Assembly: GCA_964016885.1 (NCBI GenBank)
Contig: OZ024748.1
Span: 22,196,001-22,260,000, forward strand
Direction of reading: 5' to 3'
DNA: 64,000 nt
Source of the DNA: Eledone cirrhosa
Taxonomy: Eukaryota
The notes beneath the pieces are model-generated. The model was not told the origin of the DNA, made no database searches, and saw only the letters and a program-made list of their open reading frames with translations. The position numbers and the translations under genes are program-made. This document shows, piece by piece, positions 28,151-43,891 of the stretch (position 1 is the stretch's first letter; each line of letters begins with the position of its first letter).

Positions 28151-28970
28151 GGGCAATGCTATGGTTCCGATAATAATCTGGTAAACACTTCAGCACTCAT
28201 CTAACAAGTAAGATGGTCACCGTTTAGTGTAAAATTTATCGCTGTTTGCAAGGTGTGGTCGACTCAGAGGATATTCTACATGAAGCAGCAAACACACACA
28301 TATTACTCACACAAACACTTGGCTGAGTGGTTAAGGAGTTCGCTACGCAACCAAGTAATTCTGGGTTTTGTCCCGCTGTATGGCAACTTGGAAGAAATCG
28401 TTTGTGTTTAGACCCTGAGTGGAGATGGGTTCTGCCAAGATCTAAAACATTCCAATGAAATGTTGTATGTCACGGTGGCGCCCCTATGACTCCATTATGA
28501 ATTATGGGTTAAAGAGACAGAAGAGGAGATGAAAAATGAAAATAACACAACTAGAAATCGCTAACAGGGCATGTCGAGAGATTATAATTCTTCCATTATG
28601 GCTGCTTCCACATAAATCTACATTAAAGTTGTTATTCTTCTAAATTGAAATATTGTGAAACCAATTGACGATCCAAAGAAAGTTTTTTTTTTTTTTACAT
28701 ACCATTGAGATATTTTAGCAAATTTTCTTTCGCTCCTCGTTATTATCATAACTATTTTAAAAAACATTTCTGTGCCATATACCACCAACACCACTACAGC
28801 TACTGCTGCTACTGCTACTACTACTACTACTACTGCTACTACTACTGCTGCTGCTGCTGCTGTTGTTGTTGTTAGGTTATTGTTCGCCACGATAGTGTCT
28901 ATATTCTTGTTCCTGTGTCATTTATAAGTAACCCCAAAGAAGCAAGTATACTTATATATATATATACATA

Positions 28971-29037
<67 letters not shown>

Positions 29038-29242
29038 ATATATGTATCTATATATATATATATATAGATAGATATATATATATATATAAATATAAACATA
29101 TAATCATATATATATACATATAAACATATATACATATATATATACATATACATATATACACATACATATATATATATATATGTTTATACACATACATATA
29201 TATACATATATGTATATGTTTATATATATATGTATATATGTA

Positions 29243-29278
<36 letters not shown>

Positions 29279-29378
29279 CATATATACATATATATAGATA
29301 CATATATACATATATATATAAACATATATACATATATATATTCATATACATATATACATATACACACACACATATATT

Positions 29379-29442
<64 letters not shown>

Positions 29443-29554
29443 TGTGTGTATGTACACACTGACACATATATATCCCCTACTGTGATTTTATAGCAATAAC
29501 TGACACGCCACAGACCTGGCACTTTATTTTTTCTTTCTCTTTCTCTTTCTAGTT

Positions 29555-29775
29555 ATCTATCTATCTACCCATCTATCTATCTACCTATCTACCCATCTAT
29601 CTATCTACCCATCTATCTACCTATCTACCCATCTATCTATCTATCTACCTACCTACCTACCTATCTATCTATCTATCTATCTACCTATCTATCTATCTAT
29701 CCATCTTATTGTATGTAAACTTCCCCCTTTGTATTTGTCCCCTTCTTTTGTGCCCCTGTGGCTAATAAAGAAATA

Positions 29776-29813
<38 letters not shown>

Positions 29814-29814
29814 C

Positions 29815-29861
<47 letters not shown>

Positions 29862-29862
29862 C

Positions 29863-29893
<31 letters not shown>

Positions 29894-29965
29894 CCTATCT
29901 ATCTATCTACCTATCTATCTATCTACCTATCTATCTATCTATCCATCTATCCATCTATCCATCTA
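29555..29965. repeat. (CTAT)n microsatellite with a 70-bp LINE-like 3' stub at 29705-29773
   Basis: Stub ends cccctgtggctaataaagaaata; similar end gtccttgcggctaataaagaa at 45897-45918. Confidence 0.75.
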
Positions 29966-30258
29966 TTCATTAGGTTTTTTTTTCTATTATTTCTTTCAAA
30001 TACTCTAGCTACGTCTTAACGCTAGAAAGATCAGCTAAATTATATCTTTATGTGGAATGCTTTGCGGAAGGAAGACACGCTGGCTTTCCAATTTCGTATA
30101 TAGCTAAACAATGAACGATAGTAATCAACGTCGTTGATAACTTGCCACATCTAAAGGATCTATTCATTTTGTCGGGCAGATTCTTTTCTCAGTTAAAACA
30201 AATGTCTACAGAGGTTTTGATTCTTTTTGTTTCAACTAAATAACGCGAAACGGCCATT

Positions 30259-30346
<88 letters not shown>

Positions 30347-30593
30347 CGAATGTATGTATAATCAGCTCCTGATTATTACTGGAATTCTATAAGAATCCAG
30401 CTTCTATAATTTTCGGCGGAAGCAGGGGGTGCGTGGCTCTAATGATCGCCAAACAGCGTGAAACAGACTGTTAGCTTCTCTCCTTTCTTTCGCCGAAAAG
30501 AAGTAAGTGACATAGTCACTACTTTAAACCGATAGCGTATGGTCTTCTAAATGTTTTTAATTAAACATACGGTATATTGCCAAATATACTATA

Positions 30594-30862
30594 CTATACG
30601 GGAGCCTCCCAAAAGTCAGCTCAAAAGTGATACTGGGGTTAGCTGGACATGCTCACTGGACATCCAGAGTTGACACTGCACTCAGTGTTCCTGTGGGAGC
30701 CCCTGCATGGACACACTGGAAGAAGAAGACCGAGGTTAACATATGTTGATGCCCTAAGGACAGACACTGGTCTCTTGGAGACGCAGGACATGGCATCGAT
30801 AATGAGGGACAGAGACCGCTAGAGAGCACTCGTCCATGGATCTCGGGAATTTTACCCGCCTT

Positions 30863-30866
<4 letters not shown>
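30594..30866 (+). mobile_element. Degenerate RTE LINE 3' fragment (same family as 16791-17140)
   Basis: cccaaaagtcagctcaaaagtg...ggatctcgggaattttacccgccttag then (TA)n. Confidence 0.85.
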
Positions 30867-30897
<31 letters not shown>

Positions 30898-30902
<5 letters not shown>

Positions 30903-31401
30903 AGATTTGAATGGATACAGTTTAGTTGAAAGGAATTTATTGACACGTGTTTCTATAACAGTTACATAACCTAAAACAGCTGCTATCTACAAACTTTTAG
31001 TTATGCAGACATTCAATATTTCAATGTTATTATTTACTGTCATTTCATCAGAATAATATTACTGAGGACCTATTTACAACTTCACCCCTCCCTCCTAATA
31101 TTCTCTATAAAAACTAAATAGGTCCTCAGTAATATTATTCTGATGAAATGACAGTAAATAATAACATTGAAATATTGAATGTCTGCATAACTAAAAGTTT
31201 GTAGATAGCAGCTGTTTTAGGTTATGTAACTGTTATAGAAACACGTGTCAATAAATTCCTTTCAACTAAACTGTATCCATTCAAATCTTTCTATTTTTCT
31301 CCGGATTACTTTTGGAACTACAACTGGAACCGTCGAGCAAACTCTACGTGAGCTGATAATCTACTGTGTGTAATATTTATATTACAACACAACGGAAAAT
31401 A

Positions 31402-31405
<4 letters not shown>
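30898..31405. mobile_element. Fold-back hammerhead element, family F (arms 30898-31076 and 31115-31293, tail to 31405)
   Basis: About 180-bp apparently perfect inverted repeat; TA flanks on both sides. Confidence 0.9.
31135..31254 (+). ncRNA. Type I hammerhead with ~90-nt helix II domain (mirror 30937-31056, minus strand)
   Basis: ttatt CTGATGA a atgacagt...actgttat a GAAA cacgtg TC aataa; palindromic helix III ACACGTGT; GUC triplet. Confidence 0.85.
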
Positions 31406-31494
<89 letters not shown>

Positions 31495-31506
31495 CATATA
31501 TATATA

Positions 31507-31990
31507 CATTGTACCCGTACTCCCGGCATTCACGGTCCTGGTTATTCGCGGAATTTACCTTAGAACCTAGCAGATAATTGTTCGTGGAAACCAGCGAATA
31601 TTCGCGGAATCGTAAATATCTTCCGCGATATTTTAATGGCTTTTTTCGTGGCAATATGTATATATTTTTTTACGCTAAATTATTAATAACAATATACCGT
31701 ATTTGCCGGCCTATTAGACGCCCCTTCGAATAAGAAGCTCCATCTTTTTTAATTATATGACGTGTGTGTTTTTTCCATCTTACTTAAAATATACTTACTA
31801 ACAAAAAACGAAGTTTAATCTTCAGATGTCTTTTCTACTACATTTATATATTTTTTGATATAATTTCTCCCACACGTTATTTATTTTGACGTTTATAGGC
31901 ATTTTTATGGACCACATCCAATATTCGCGGTTTTTCTCTCTTCGCGGCTGCTCTAGGAACGTAACCGCTGCGAATTCCGGGGGACAACTG
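31507..31990. mobile_element. Tc1/mariner-pogo (Tigger-like) non-autonomous DNA transposon
   Basis: Imperfect TIRs cattgtaccc..ggcattcacgg / gcgaattccgggggacaactg; TA flanks; shorter copy at 36313-36516. Confidence 0.7.
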
Positions 31991-32269
31991 TATAGTGATA
32001 ATAATAAGGAGCAAGAACGAAGTATGAATATAATATCAAAATATTTATTCAATAAATATATATATTGATGGTATATTGATACTTCATTCCTGCTCTTTTT
32101 TTTATCATTAACACACTGCTCGGACACCAATAACAGTAAAGTCCGAACCGTAGAATCCCACATCCGTAGCCGGATCCAGATTAGCATTTAGTGGTGAAAT
32201 TAGTGAACCATCAGTAACTAAACATTACACACTAATACACTATATGATAAATATATATACACAAAATAC

Positions 32270-32400
32270 TTGTATTTCTGCTCTGTAATACATCTGATAA
32301 TTTACATTGAGCTAATTTTCTTACTGGTAATTGGGTAATACAATATATTACCCTTTCGTATTTATAATTGTATATAGATTATATATATAAATGTAAATAG

Positions 32401-32405
<5 letters not shown>
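32270..32405 (+). mobile_element. Family I tail
   Basis: Matches the reverse complement of ~850-1000; ends in (TA)n. Confidence 0.55.
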
Positions 32406-32483
<78 letters not shown>

Positions 32484-32510
32484 TATATATATACATGTGC
32501 GTGTGCGTGC

Positions 32511-32697
32511 GTGTATCCCGGGTTCAATCGGGGGTAACAACAGTAAGTAAGGTACTCAATACATAGCAGAGTATACATATTTAATATAGAAATGGCTTCT
32601 ACAGGACTAGAACTGTTTCATTCGAGGGAAATTATCAGGAAAGACCATCGAATGAAACAGTTCTAGTCCTGTAGAAGCCATCTCTATATTAAATATT
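32511..32697. mobile_element. Fold-back mini-element, family H (arms 32577-32625 and 32648-32696)
   Basis: About 48-bp inverted repeat; minus strand CTGATAA..GAAAcagttcTA degenerate hammerhead-like core; tail shared with 1-45. Confidence 0.7.
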
Positions 32698-32727
32698 ATA
32701 TATATAGGTACCACCCATGTAAAGTCC

Positions 32728-32813
32728 CATACCCGAAGAAGTGTTGATTAAGAGACGGGATCCGATCGCCTGATCAAACCCGAGCTGATCGATATCGAAA
32801 CAGTTGTAATATA
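32728..32813 (+). ncRNA. Degenerate hammerhead (CCGAAGA core)
   Basis: catac CCGAAGA a gtgttgatta...tgatcgatat c GAAA cagttg TA atata; helix II pairs well, helix I poorly. Confidence 0.45.
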
Positions 32814-32850
32814 CAATAAAGTGTCATAACAAGCTGCAAATCTGATTTCC

Positions 32851-33870
<1,020 letters not shown>

Positions 33871-34604
33871 TATCATATCATATAAAAAAAATGCCATTGT
33901 GGAATTTGATTTAGTTTTTTACATTCTGAGTTCAAATACAGCCAAAGCCATCTTTGTCTTCCATCTTTCGGAGATAAAATGAAGTACTAATTCAGTACTT
34001 TATTTATGTATGCATGTATAAACGAACACACACACATAATACCCTCTAGTATATAAATATTTTCGTTCTTTCTCCCTCCATATATCTCACCATCTCCTTT
34101 CTCCTCACACTTCATCATCTTCCTACTGTCCATCTTGTTGGCTCATAACCTCTTTTAAAAAATTTCCTTTCTTCTTGATCTCAACCTTCTCTCACTCGTC
34201 TTATAGCTCTTCATGCTCTCTTTCTCCTCCTCTCATACAAATGATTTTCATTCCTGTGTTGTGCAGCACAGACGTCTAACAATATTTTACAATCACCCGC
34301 CCCGTCTAAACATTGTAGCGAGTTACAATAAAAAGAAAACAAAAATCAGCTCTTATATTGGCTCTTAACTCAACCCTTCTCGAAATGATTGCTAAAAGAA
34401 AAACAAAGCTAAACAAAATTATGAGAGACTCAGGTGTATTTCAAACTCTTTGATGACAAGTTCAAGGGGCAAATTTCGTTCTCCGCAAAAGTGATAAACG
34501 ATAAAAATTTTTTAAAAGATAGTTTGAAAGTTGTTTCATTTCAGTACCAAGTTTCCTTTGTTTAAGTTTTATGATCATCTAGTAATCATGCTAGATAAAG
34601 AACT

Positions 34605-35547
34605 CTCAGTCCTCTCTGTATTGTCAACAATATCTAACTCTCAAACTAGACAGTATCCTCTCTATATTGTCAACAATATCTAACTCTCAAACTTACGTCC
34701 CTTTACGATCTGAGTTCAAATCCCGCCGAGGTTGACTTTGCCTTTCATCCTTACGGGGTCGATAAAATAAAGTACCAGTAATGCACTGGGTAATTGCTGG
34801 CCTTGTACCTAAAGTAGAGACAATATCTAACTCTCAAACTAGACAGTATCCTCTCTATATTGTCACCAATATTTGACTGTCACAGTAGGCACTATGCCCT
34901 CTCTATATTGTCAACAATATCTAACTCTCAAACTAGAAAGTGTCCTCTCTATATTGTCACCAATATTTAACTGTCAAAGTAGACAGTGTCCTCTCTATAT
35001 TGTCAACAATATCTGACTGTCAAAGTAGACAGTGTCCTCTCTATATTGTCAACAATATCTGACTGTCAAAGTAGACAGTGTCCTCTCTATATTGTCAACA
35101 ATATCTGACTGTCAAAGTAGACAGTGTCCTCTTTATATTGTCACCAATATTTAACTGTCAAAGTAGACAGTGTCCTCTTTATATTGTCAACAATATCTGG
35201 CTGTCAAAGTAGATAGTGTCCGCTCTATATTGTCAACAATATCTGATTATCAAAGTAGACAGTGTCCTCTCTATACTGTCACCTCACTAATATTTAATTG
35301 TCAAAGTAGACAGTGTCCTCTCTATATTTTTACCAATATCTGACTGTGACATTAGACACTGTCTCCTCTCTATATTGTCACCAATATCTAACTGTCATAG
35401 TTGACAGTGTCCTCTCTATATTGTCACCAATATCTAACTGTCACAGTAGACAGTGTCCTCTCTATATTGTCAACAATATTTAACTGTCAAAGTAGACACG
35501 ATGTCCTTTATATTGTCAACAATATCTGACTGTCAAAGTAGACAGTA
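34605..35547. repeat. 46-bp minisatellite (tctatattgtcaacaatatctgactgtcaaagtagacagtgtcctc), about 17-18 units
   Basis: agacagtgtc at 34981, 35027 and onward; moderately diverged units. Confidence 0.92.
34694..34819 (+). mobile_element. 5'-truncated S1 SINE inserted in the minisatellite, 21-bp TSD
   Basis: TSD acaatatctaactctcaaact at 34673-34693 and 34820-34840. Confidence 0.9.
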
Positions 35548-36312
35548 ATTGTGTCCGTATAACTAAATGAAACCAGAGATAGGTTTGGCCAAGTTGTTAG
35601 ATTGATATCCTCTTGACATATATACAAACGGTTCGTCTTTCGCTGTTGGGGTTTGTTGTGTTCTTCACAGATAGATTTAAATTTTAATGACTTTGTATTT
35701 TAAACAGATATGTTTTAAAAAATATATATATAGTTCAACAGGCAATTATAGATAGATCATCCGTCGGTTTCGATGATGAACATTCAGCTATTCGACCAAA
35801 TGGACGTCCGATTCATGAATTAACGTGTAAGTGATAGAGTATTTCATTGAAAGCTGTATCCTTAATATAATTCTTAGAATCAACGTAGTACAATACGGGA
35901 CGAGCCTGGACCTTTGAATTACATGTACAATCAATCTGACAGGCTTCCTCAGGTGCCAAGCTGTGTGATCGAACTGAGGACCTCATGATTCCGGAATGAA
36001 TTTCTTAACCACTGATCTATGCCTGCTATAAGTAATTAGTATGGGGAAATAAAGTTCACTACTTTAAGCATAGCATAGTTGAAGAGAGCTGCGTTAGTTT
36101 GTAATGATGAGTTTAGATCATGTTGAGATGAACGTTACCTTTCATACTTCTGAGATCGATATAATAAAGTAGCAGTCAAGTATTGGGTTTGATTTGATCA
36201 ACTTTGACCTTTCCCCAAATTTTCTGGCTTTGTGCCTAAATTAAAAATCATTATTGACTTTAGATCCTGCCGAGGTCAACTTTCATTCTTTCGGGGTCTA
36301 TAAAATAAAATA

Positions 36313-36516
36313 CAGTGTACCCTCTGCATTCGCATACCGTATTTGCCGGCCTATTGGACACCCCTTCGCATAAGACGCTCACATTTTTTATATTATATTT
36401 TACGTTATATTTTGACGTTTATAGGTATGTTTATGGAACACGTCCATTATTCGCGGTTTCTCACAATTCGCGGGTGCTCTAGGAACGTAACCCCTGTAAA
36501 TACAAGGGGACTACTG
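36313..36516. mobile_element. Tigger-like MITE inserted into an S1 SINE, TA TSD
   Basis: SINE aaataaaaTA|cagtgtaccc...ggggactactg|TAccagt; homologous to 31507-31990. Confidence 0.8.
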
Positions 36517-37064
36517 TACCAGTAAATTACTAGGGTTGATATAATCGCCTTTGCTCTCACCCCATAAAAATATTTGGCCTTGTGCCTAAATAAGAAAGCA
36601 ATAGTGAGCTAAGATTTAAACAAACAAAAAAGACTGCTTACTAACATCAATTATCAGTGTGGCCATGCTAGAAACAACATCATTAACTTTACCACGATCT
36701 CTTTTATAAATATCCGATGTACTTTTATGATGTAATATAATCATTAAAACCTGAGAAGTCTAATGATGGTCAATGTTATAAAATGAAGTGTTAGGTTGCC
36801 GCTAGGATGAAATAATTGTTTCTAAAAATGGAAATAATTATTTCTAAACAAGGAAATAAGGATTTCTAACAAAGGGACAAGGTGAGGATTATTGCGGCAA
36901 AAGGTGTAGTAAAATAGATCGACGACAGTTTACATCCTTTATTTACAATAAAGTTGTAAACAGCTAGATCAAGTTCCAAGAGATTTGGATACAAAATGAA
37001 GAAAAGACTAAATGATATCAATATGGCGCTCTCTCTTCTTTCTACTATCTTAGCATATTATTAG

Positions 37065-37540
37065 GGATTGGCAGAGGGCGGTGGATTGGAAGTATCGGTA
37101 GGGATTCGGACGCCATGCTTTGCAGCATAGAGTTACGGCCCTTTATGATCTGAGTTCAAATCCCGACGAGGATAACTTTGCCTTTCATTCTTACAGGGTC
37201 GATAAAATAAAGTACCAGCCACGCATTGGGGTCGATTTAATCGACTTTCCCCTTCCCCAAAATTGATGGCCTTGTGTCTATATAAGAAACGATATTATGG
37301 ATTGGTATAATCGGTAGAGCGTCGGACAACATGCTTTACAACATAGAGTTACGGACATTTAGGTTCTGAGTTCAAATCCCACCGAGGTTAGCTTTGCCTT
37401 TCTTCCTTACAGGGTCGATAAAATAAAGTACCAGTCATGCACTGGGGTTGATTTAATCAACCTTAAACTCTCCCCCCAAACTGCTGGCATTGTGCCTGAA
37501 TCAGGAACTATTATTATTATAATTATTATTATTATTATTA
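37065..37540 (+). mobile_element. Tandem S1 SINE dimer with (TTA)n tail
   Basis: Two consecutive A-box/B-box/central-domain units. Confidence 0.85.
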
Positions 37541-37542
37541 TT

Positions 37543-40110
37543 GGCTGTCAGACAGGGAAGACGTGTTAATGTGAACGGCTCCATCGCGGTGCTGTTTAAG
37601 TCAGAAGCCCTCGCTGTGAAACACTCAGTGATCCCTTAAAAAAACCAGCAAGGGCATCATGTACCCCTCCCACATAGGAAAAAGAACTCTAAGAGTCTGC
37701 ATTCTCAGGGTTCCACCATGACTAGACTTGTAGTGGCTCCTGGTATGCATGATTGTATATGGGACAGATGTCGTACCGATCGAGGCAATCAGAACAGCCA
37801 GAGAGGACTGGTCCGGGGTTGACCTAAAAATACTTATCCAGATCAGGCCTGAGGACCTGAAAAGAAATCCCGGACCACATCTGTCTGCAACAAATAACCG
37901 AGGGCAAAAGACCGCACTATTTCGTCTGCGGCGAAACAACTCACTTGCGAGTCTTTTGCCCTCAGTTCAAAAATGCAAATGGTCGAAAACCTCCACTGCG
38001 GAACGCCGGGGCGGGAACTACTACCAAAACCAGGACCACCAGCAGCAATGAGCGGAAACGCCACCACGAATTATGGCCACCCTAGGGGAAAATTAGGAAA
38101 GCTCTTCTAATCCCTCTCTTCCAAAATACACACATTGACACAAACACAGACACAGACACACTTACCGTCACACACTCTTCGTCTTCCAGCAGCAAAGACG
38201 AGGTAAAACCTAACCCCATCAAAAAGATGACACACAAAAAAAGTCCACACAAAAAAACACCCAAAACAGAAAATACAGACACCACCCACACAACAAACAC
38301 AAACACTTCCTCAACACCACCACCAAACGCAAACAACCACAACAAACACAAGAACAAAAGAACACACAAACAACTGAAATCACAGACAGCACAACCACAA
38401 CAAACACAGACACATCCAAAACAACACCAACAACATCACTACTACAATCACCCAAACGCAAACAAGTAAAACCACAACAACAAAGCACATAAAACTTCGT
38501 GCTTGTAAGAAGGGCCAACGAGGAATTGATGGCCCTTATCGCACGAAGACAAGAAATCGAGAACGAGGGGAGATTTTTGAAATGAGGAGCACATTTCGCA
38601 TGCCAGAAGATGTGTTTCTGGTACGAATGTCGCTCGACATTTACAACGGCATTAACGAGAGCTTTCCTCGTGACGTGGGAACCCCGAATATAAGAGCAAC
38701 AAGTAGATTGCTTAAGGGGTTCCCCCAAAAACTCCACCAAATATGGAGGTAGAACCACCTGACCTCCACAAGACCCCGTGAGGCAAGTAAACATTTCCTT
38801 TCTCTTTTAGCCTACCAACATGGCTATCCTAAGAGTAGGATGTTTAAGTGTTTGTGTCCTGGGGTCATCATAGGAGCAGGATCGCCTGCTGAACGACATC
38901 AGGTCACTCGATATGGATGGGATTGCCGTCAGCGAGACCAGGATTTCCGAACGTGCGCACTAGCCCCTATTTTCGACGACTATCAGATGTTCGAATCTCT
39001 AAGACGGCCGGCAATTGGAGGTGCAGTGGCAGTGCTGTTTAGGAAAGGCCTGGATTTCGAGGTAAGGTCGATCTTCCGGGACCCGGACGGTAATTTGGTC
39101 GTCCTGGACGTGAACAATAGCGATGGTTGTGCCTTTAGACTGGTGGCGCATCAACGCCCCGACCGGGACCGGACGGTCGGACTTCTTTAAGCGCCTGGAC
39201 ACTTTTCTGGAAACGTCTCGCCCTTTACTGTTAAAGGGGGACTGGAACGGCATCTTAGACGCACGCTGGGATTGTGTGGGAGTAGCTGAAAAGAGCATGG
39301 GCGCAAAAGCCTCAAGTACCTGATCAGCCAGTTTCAACTGTCTGACAGGTACAGACTAGATTTCCCTAATGCGCCAGTGTAGACTTGGACCAACCGCATA
39401 GGGTCATCTAGATCGTATATATATAGGTTTTTCATTAGGTCAATAGATAAGGATAGTATAGGTTGTCCACACTTTCAAATGGTCGCCTATTCAGATCACA
39501 AGTTTGTTGTGATCTGTGTGGTCGACCTAGATAAGACATGCAGGTTAGGATCTGGTTATTGGAAGTTAAGCATGGCGTTTCCGGCACGTAAGGCTTACAG
39601 GGACCGGGTCAATAATTTAGTTAAGCAAAGGTTGATAGTGGGGTCAATAACAGATAGATTAGAGTAATTTCGATAGATTTTAGCAAAGAAGCATTAGGGA
39701 AAAATAGAAAGGAGGGGAGCTAGTAGCTAAATTAGATAAGGCTGTTTGTAGTGGCATTGCAACTGACGTGCTAGCAGCGAGAATGGTACTAGACCATTTC
39801 TTCAAAGAGACGTTGGCGGACTTCAGTCCCTACCTCGACGACCTACCGCTTCTCTCCCCAGCCAATGCTGGGTCCTGCGAAAGGCAGATAACTTCAGCCG
39901 AGATTCGGGATGCCCTAGTCGGCTGCACGAGGCGCACGTCACCCAGTTTGGATGGTCTGCCCTACGAGCTTTACGTAGATATGCCAGACTTGTTCTCCGA
40001 TCTTCTCGAAGCACTCTACTGCAACTGGCAACAGAGCAGGAGTATTCCCAGTTCTGTGAGCTGGGGGCGTAGTGACGCTGATAAGGAAAGATGAGAACAA
40101 GGGAGATATG
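37543..40110 (+). mobile_element. Degenerate Tx1/L1-type LINE: ORF1 with zinc knuckle, ORF2 APE endonuclease and RT N-terminus; 3' part missing
   Basis: ORF1 EGKRPH-YFVCGETTHLRVFC-P (CCHC, first Cys to Tyr) at ~37900-37965; ORF2 from ATG 38820 with GAVAVLFRK, DPDGNLVVLD, LLLKGDWN, YSDHKFV, GSGYWKL, SPSLDGLPYELY; multiple frameshifts and stops. Confidence 0.88.
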
Positions 40111-41454
40111 GTGAGTTCAAATCTCGCCGAGGTCAATCCAACGTTTCGAGTTCAATAAAAAACAAAATAGTAACAGCAAAGTATTAAGGTCGATATAATC
40201 GACTTTCTTCTCCCTATAAACTACTGAGCTTTTGTCTGAAGTTATTATTATTGTTGTTCTTGTTGTTTCTTTGCCCATTTAGAAGACATTTTTTGTTGAA
40301 ACATCCCTAGTAATTTATGGCTAAATCAACCGGGTCCATAGAGAACTAGTTGGTTTCTCATTATTTTCCGCTTATCGAGGGCAATATTTGTATTTTAAAC
40401 ACAACACGCTTCCTCGTCCGGTAAGCAACAGAATCTTAAATGACAACACCTCAGAAACTGTCCTTAAAGAGTTCACAAGAGAAAAGAGCGGACAAAAAAA
40501 GCAAAAAAAAAGCAAGCTTCGCCATTAAAAAAAGCTGGCAGAAGGAAACTAAAAACCACACGTCTGACACCACCATCACCAACACCACTAACAACAACAG
40601 CAAAACAACAACTGTAAAAACACCACCACCAACAACAATACCACTAACACCACCAGCACTACGACACACACCAACAACACCACCACCACTACGACCAACA
40701 ACAACACCACACCACGACCAATAACAACACCACGCCACCAACAACAACACCAACACCAACACCAATATCACCAACATCACAACTACCAACATCAACATCA
40801 CCACAACCAAGACCTTCGACACCGACACCACAACCAACACCATCACCACCACCACCACCACTACCACCGCCATTTTTTATATCAAGTTTTACTAGCTGTA
40901 AAGGATTTTCAAGCTGCGTTTCAGACTTGGCATATAATTGAAACGTTCAGCTGCGTATTTTGATGTCTGCTCTTCAGGTTACTACATATACTTTGATGTA
41001 CATTATTTGCTTTAAAGACCTTAAATCTTTTTCATTTATTTATCCTGTAACCATTTTTGCTCAGTTAGATTGTTCGTTTCACTCTGTTTTATATGTTGCT
41101 GGTTTGTAGTTTTTTTCGCAATTCAAGACATATATTTTCTAACTCACTGCAGTCATTCATTTGTGTTGGCACTATTAGTACATTCCTATTAGATTTGAAG
41201 TTGTATGTTCCTTGTATACTGTTGATACATGTTTGTAGGGATTTGGAACAGGTTGTGTTGCTGTTATATTCTGTTCTGATGTGATTCCAGTTTGTATTCT
41301 TGTTTACTCGCAGTTCATCCTCCAACGAAAAATATCAATGGTCAAAGGTCTGCCAACCTTTGTTTTTATATCGCTAGGACTATATTGTCCAATGATGGTA
41401 GGCCGTGATTTGAGGAAGTTCTATTCTGTTGTATGGTGGGTTGTACGTTATTAC

Positions 41455-42795
<1,341 letters not shown>

Positions 42796-42946
42796 TAGAT
42801 TTTGAGTTTATGTTGGTTGTATACCAACACCTCAGTATGCAGGCTGGAGCACTCGACGAAGCGCGCAGGTTGGTTTGGTTACTCCGGAGTAGTGTAAAAT
42901 AAAGTTAAATAAAAAGTCAAATGATTAAAATTTAGCTTCGTTTATT

Positions 42947-43001
42947 ACTGCTATATATATTTCAGTGACAGCCATCTTTGGCTGTGACCTCTTCAGGCAG
43001 T
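42947..43001 (-). ncRNA. Type I hammerhead ribozyme, family G element (42797-43028)
   Basis: Minus: actgc CTGAAGA ggtcacagcc-aaagat-ggctgtcact GAAA tatata TA gcagt; helix III is itself ATATATAT. Confidence 0.85.
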
Positions 43002-43444
43002 TTGAATTAGTATGGTATAGACAAGTACATATATAATATATATATATATTATATATATATATAATATATATATATAATATATATATATATATATTATATA
43101 TTATATATATATATAATATATATATATATTATATATATATATATTATATATAATATATATATATAATATATATATATATATGTTATATATATATTATATA
43201 TATATATAATATATATATATATATTATATATATATATATTATATATATATATATTATATATATATTATATATATATATATTATATATATATATAATATAT
43301 ATATATATTATATATATATATAATATATATATATATATAATATATATATATTATATATATATATATATAATATATATATATTATATATATATAATATATA
43401 TATTATATATATATATAATATATAATATATATATATATAATATA

Positions 43445-43473
<29 letters not shown>

Positions 43474-43475
<2 letters not shown>

Positions 43476-43666
43476 AAATAAGTAAGTCAAACATGTAAAA
43501 TTTGGCTTCGTTTATTATAAATTATAAATTGTCGAGAGAATTTATAATTTATAATAAACGAAGCCAAATTTTACATGTTTGACTTACTTATTTTACATTA
43601 CTCCGGAATAAACAAACCAACCTGCATTCTTCGTTGAGTGCTCCAATCTGCAAACTGAGGTGTCGG

Positions 43667-43670
<4 letters not shown>
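43474..43670. mobile_element. Fold-back element, family G (arms 43474-43520 and 43529-43585, then tail)
   Basis: taataaacgaagccaaatttt..tttgact and tail ctccgga..aaaccaacctgc..gagtgctcca..ctgaggtgt shared with 42810-42946. Confidence 0.8.
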
Positions 43671-43759
<89 letters not shown>

Positions 43760-43764
<5 letters not shown>

Positions 43765-43851
43765 AATACAGAATCAAGTTTAAGTAAAGAATCGCTGCTT
43801 TCACCCGTTCTTATCGAGCGCTCTTCGGATTTTGGCCTTCATAATTATTAT

Positions 43852-43856
<5 letters not shown>
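43760..43856. mobile_element. Family C element, short non-overlapping inverted arms
   Basis: Inverted aagtttaagtaaagaatcgctgctttcaccc joined to the tail cttatcgagc..ttattacta. Confidence 0.75.
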
Positions 43857-43891
<35 letters not shown>

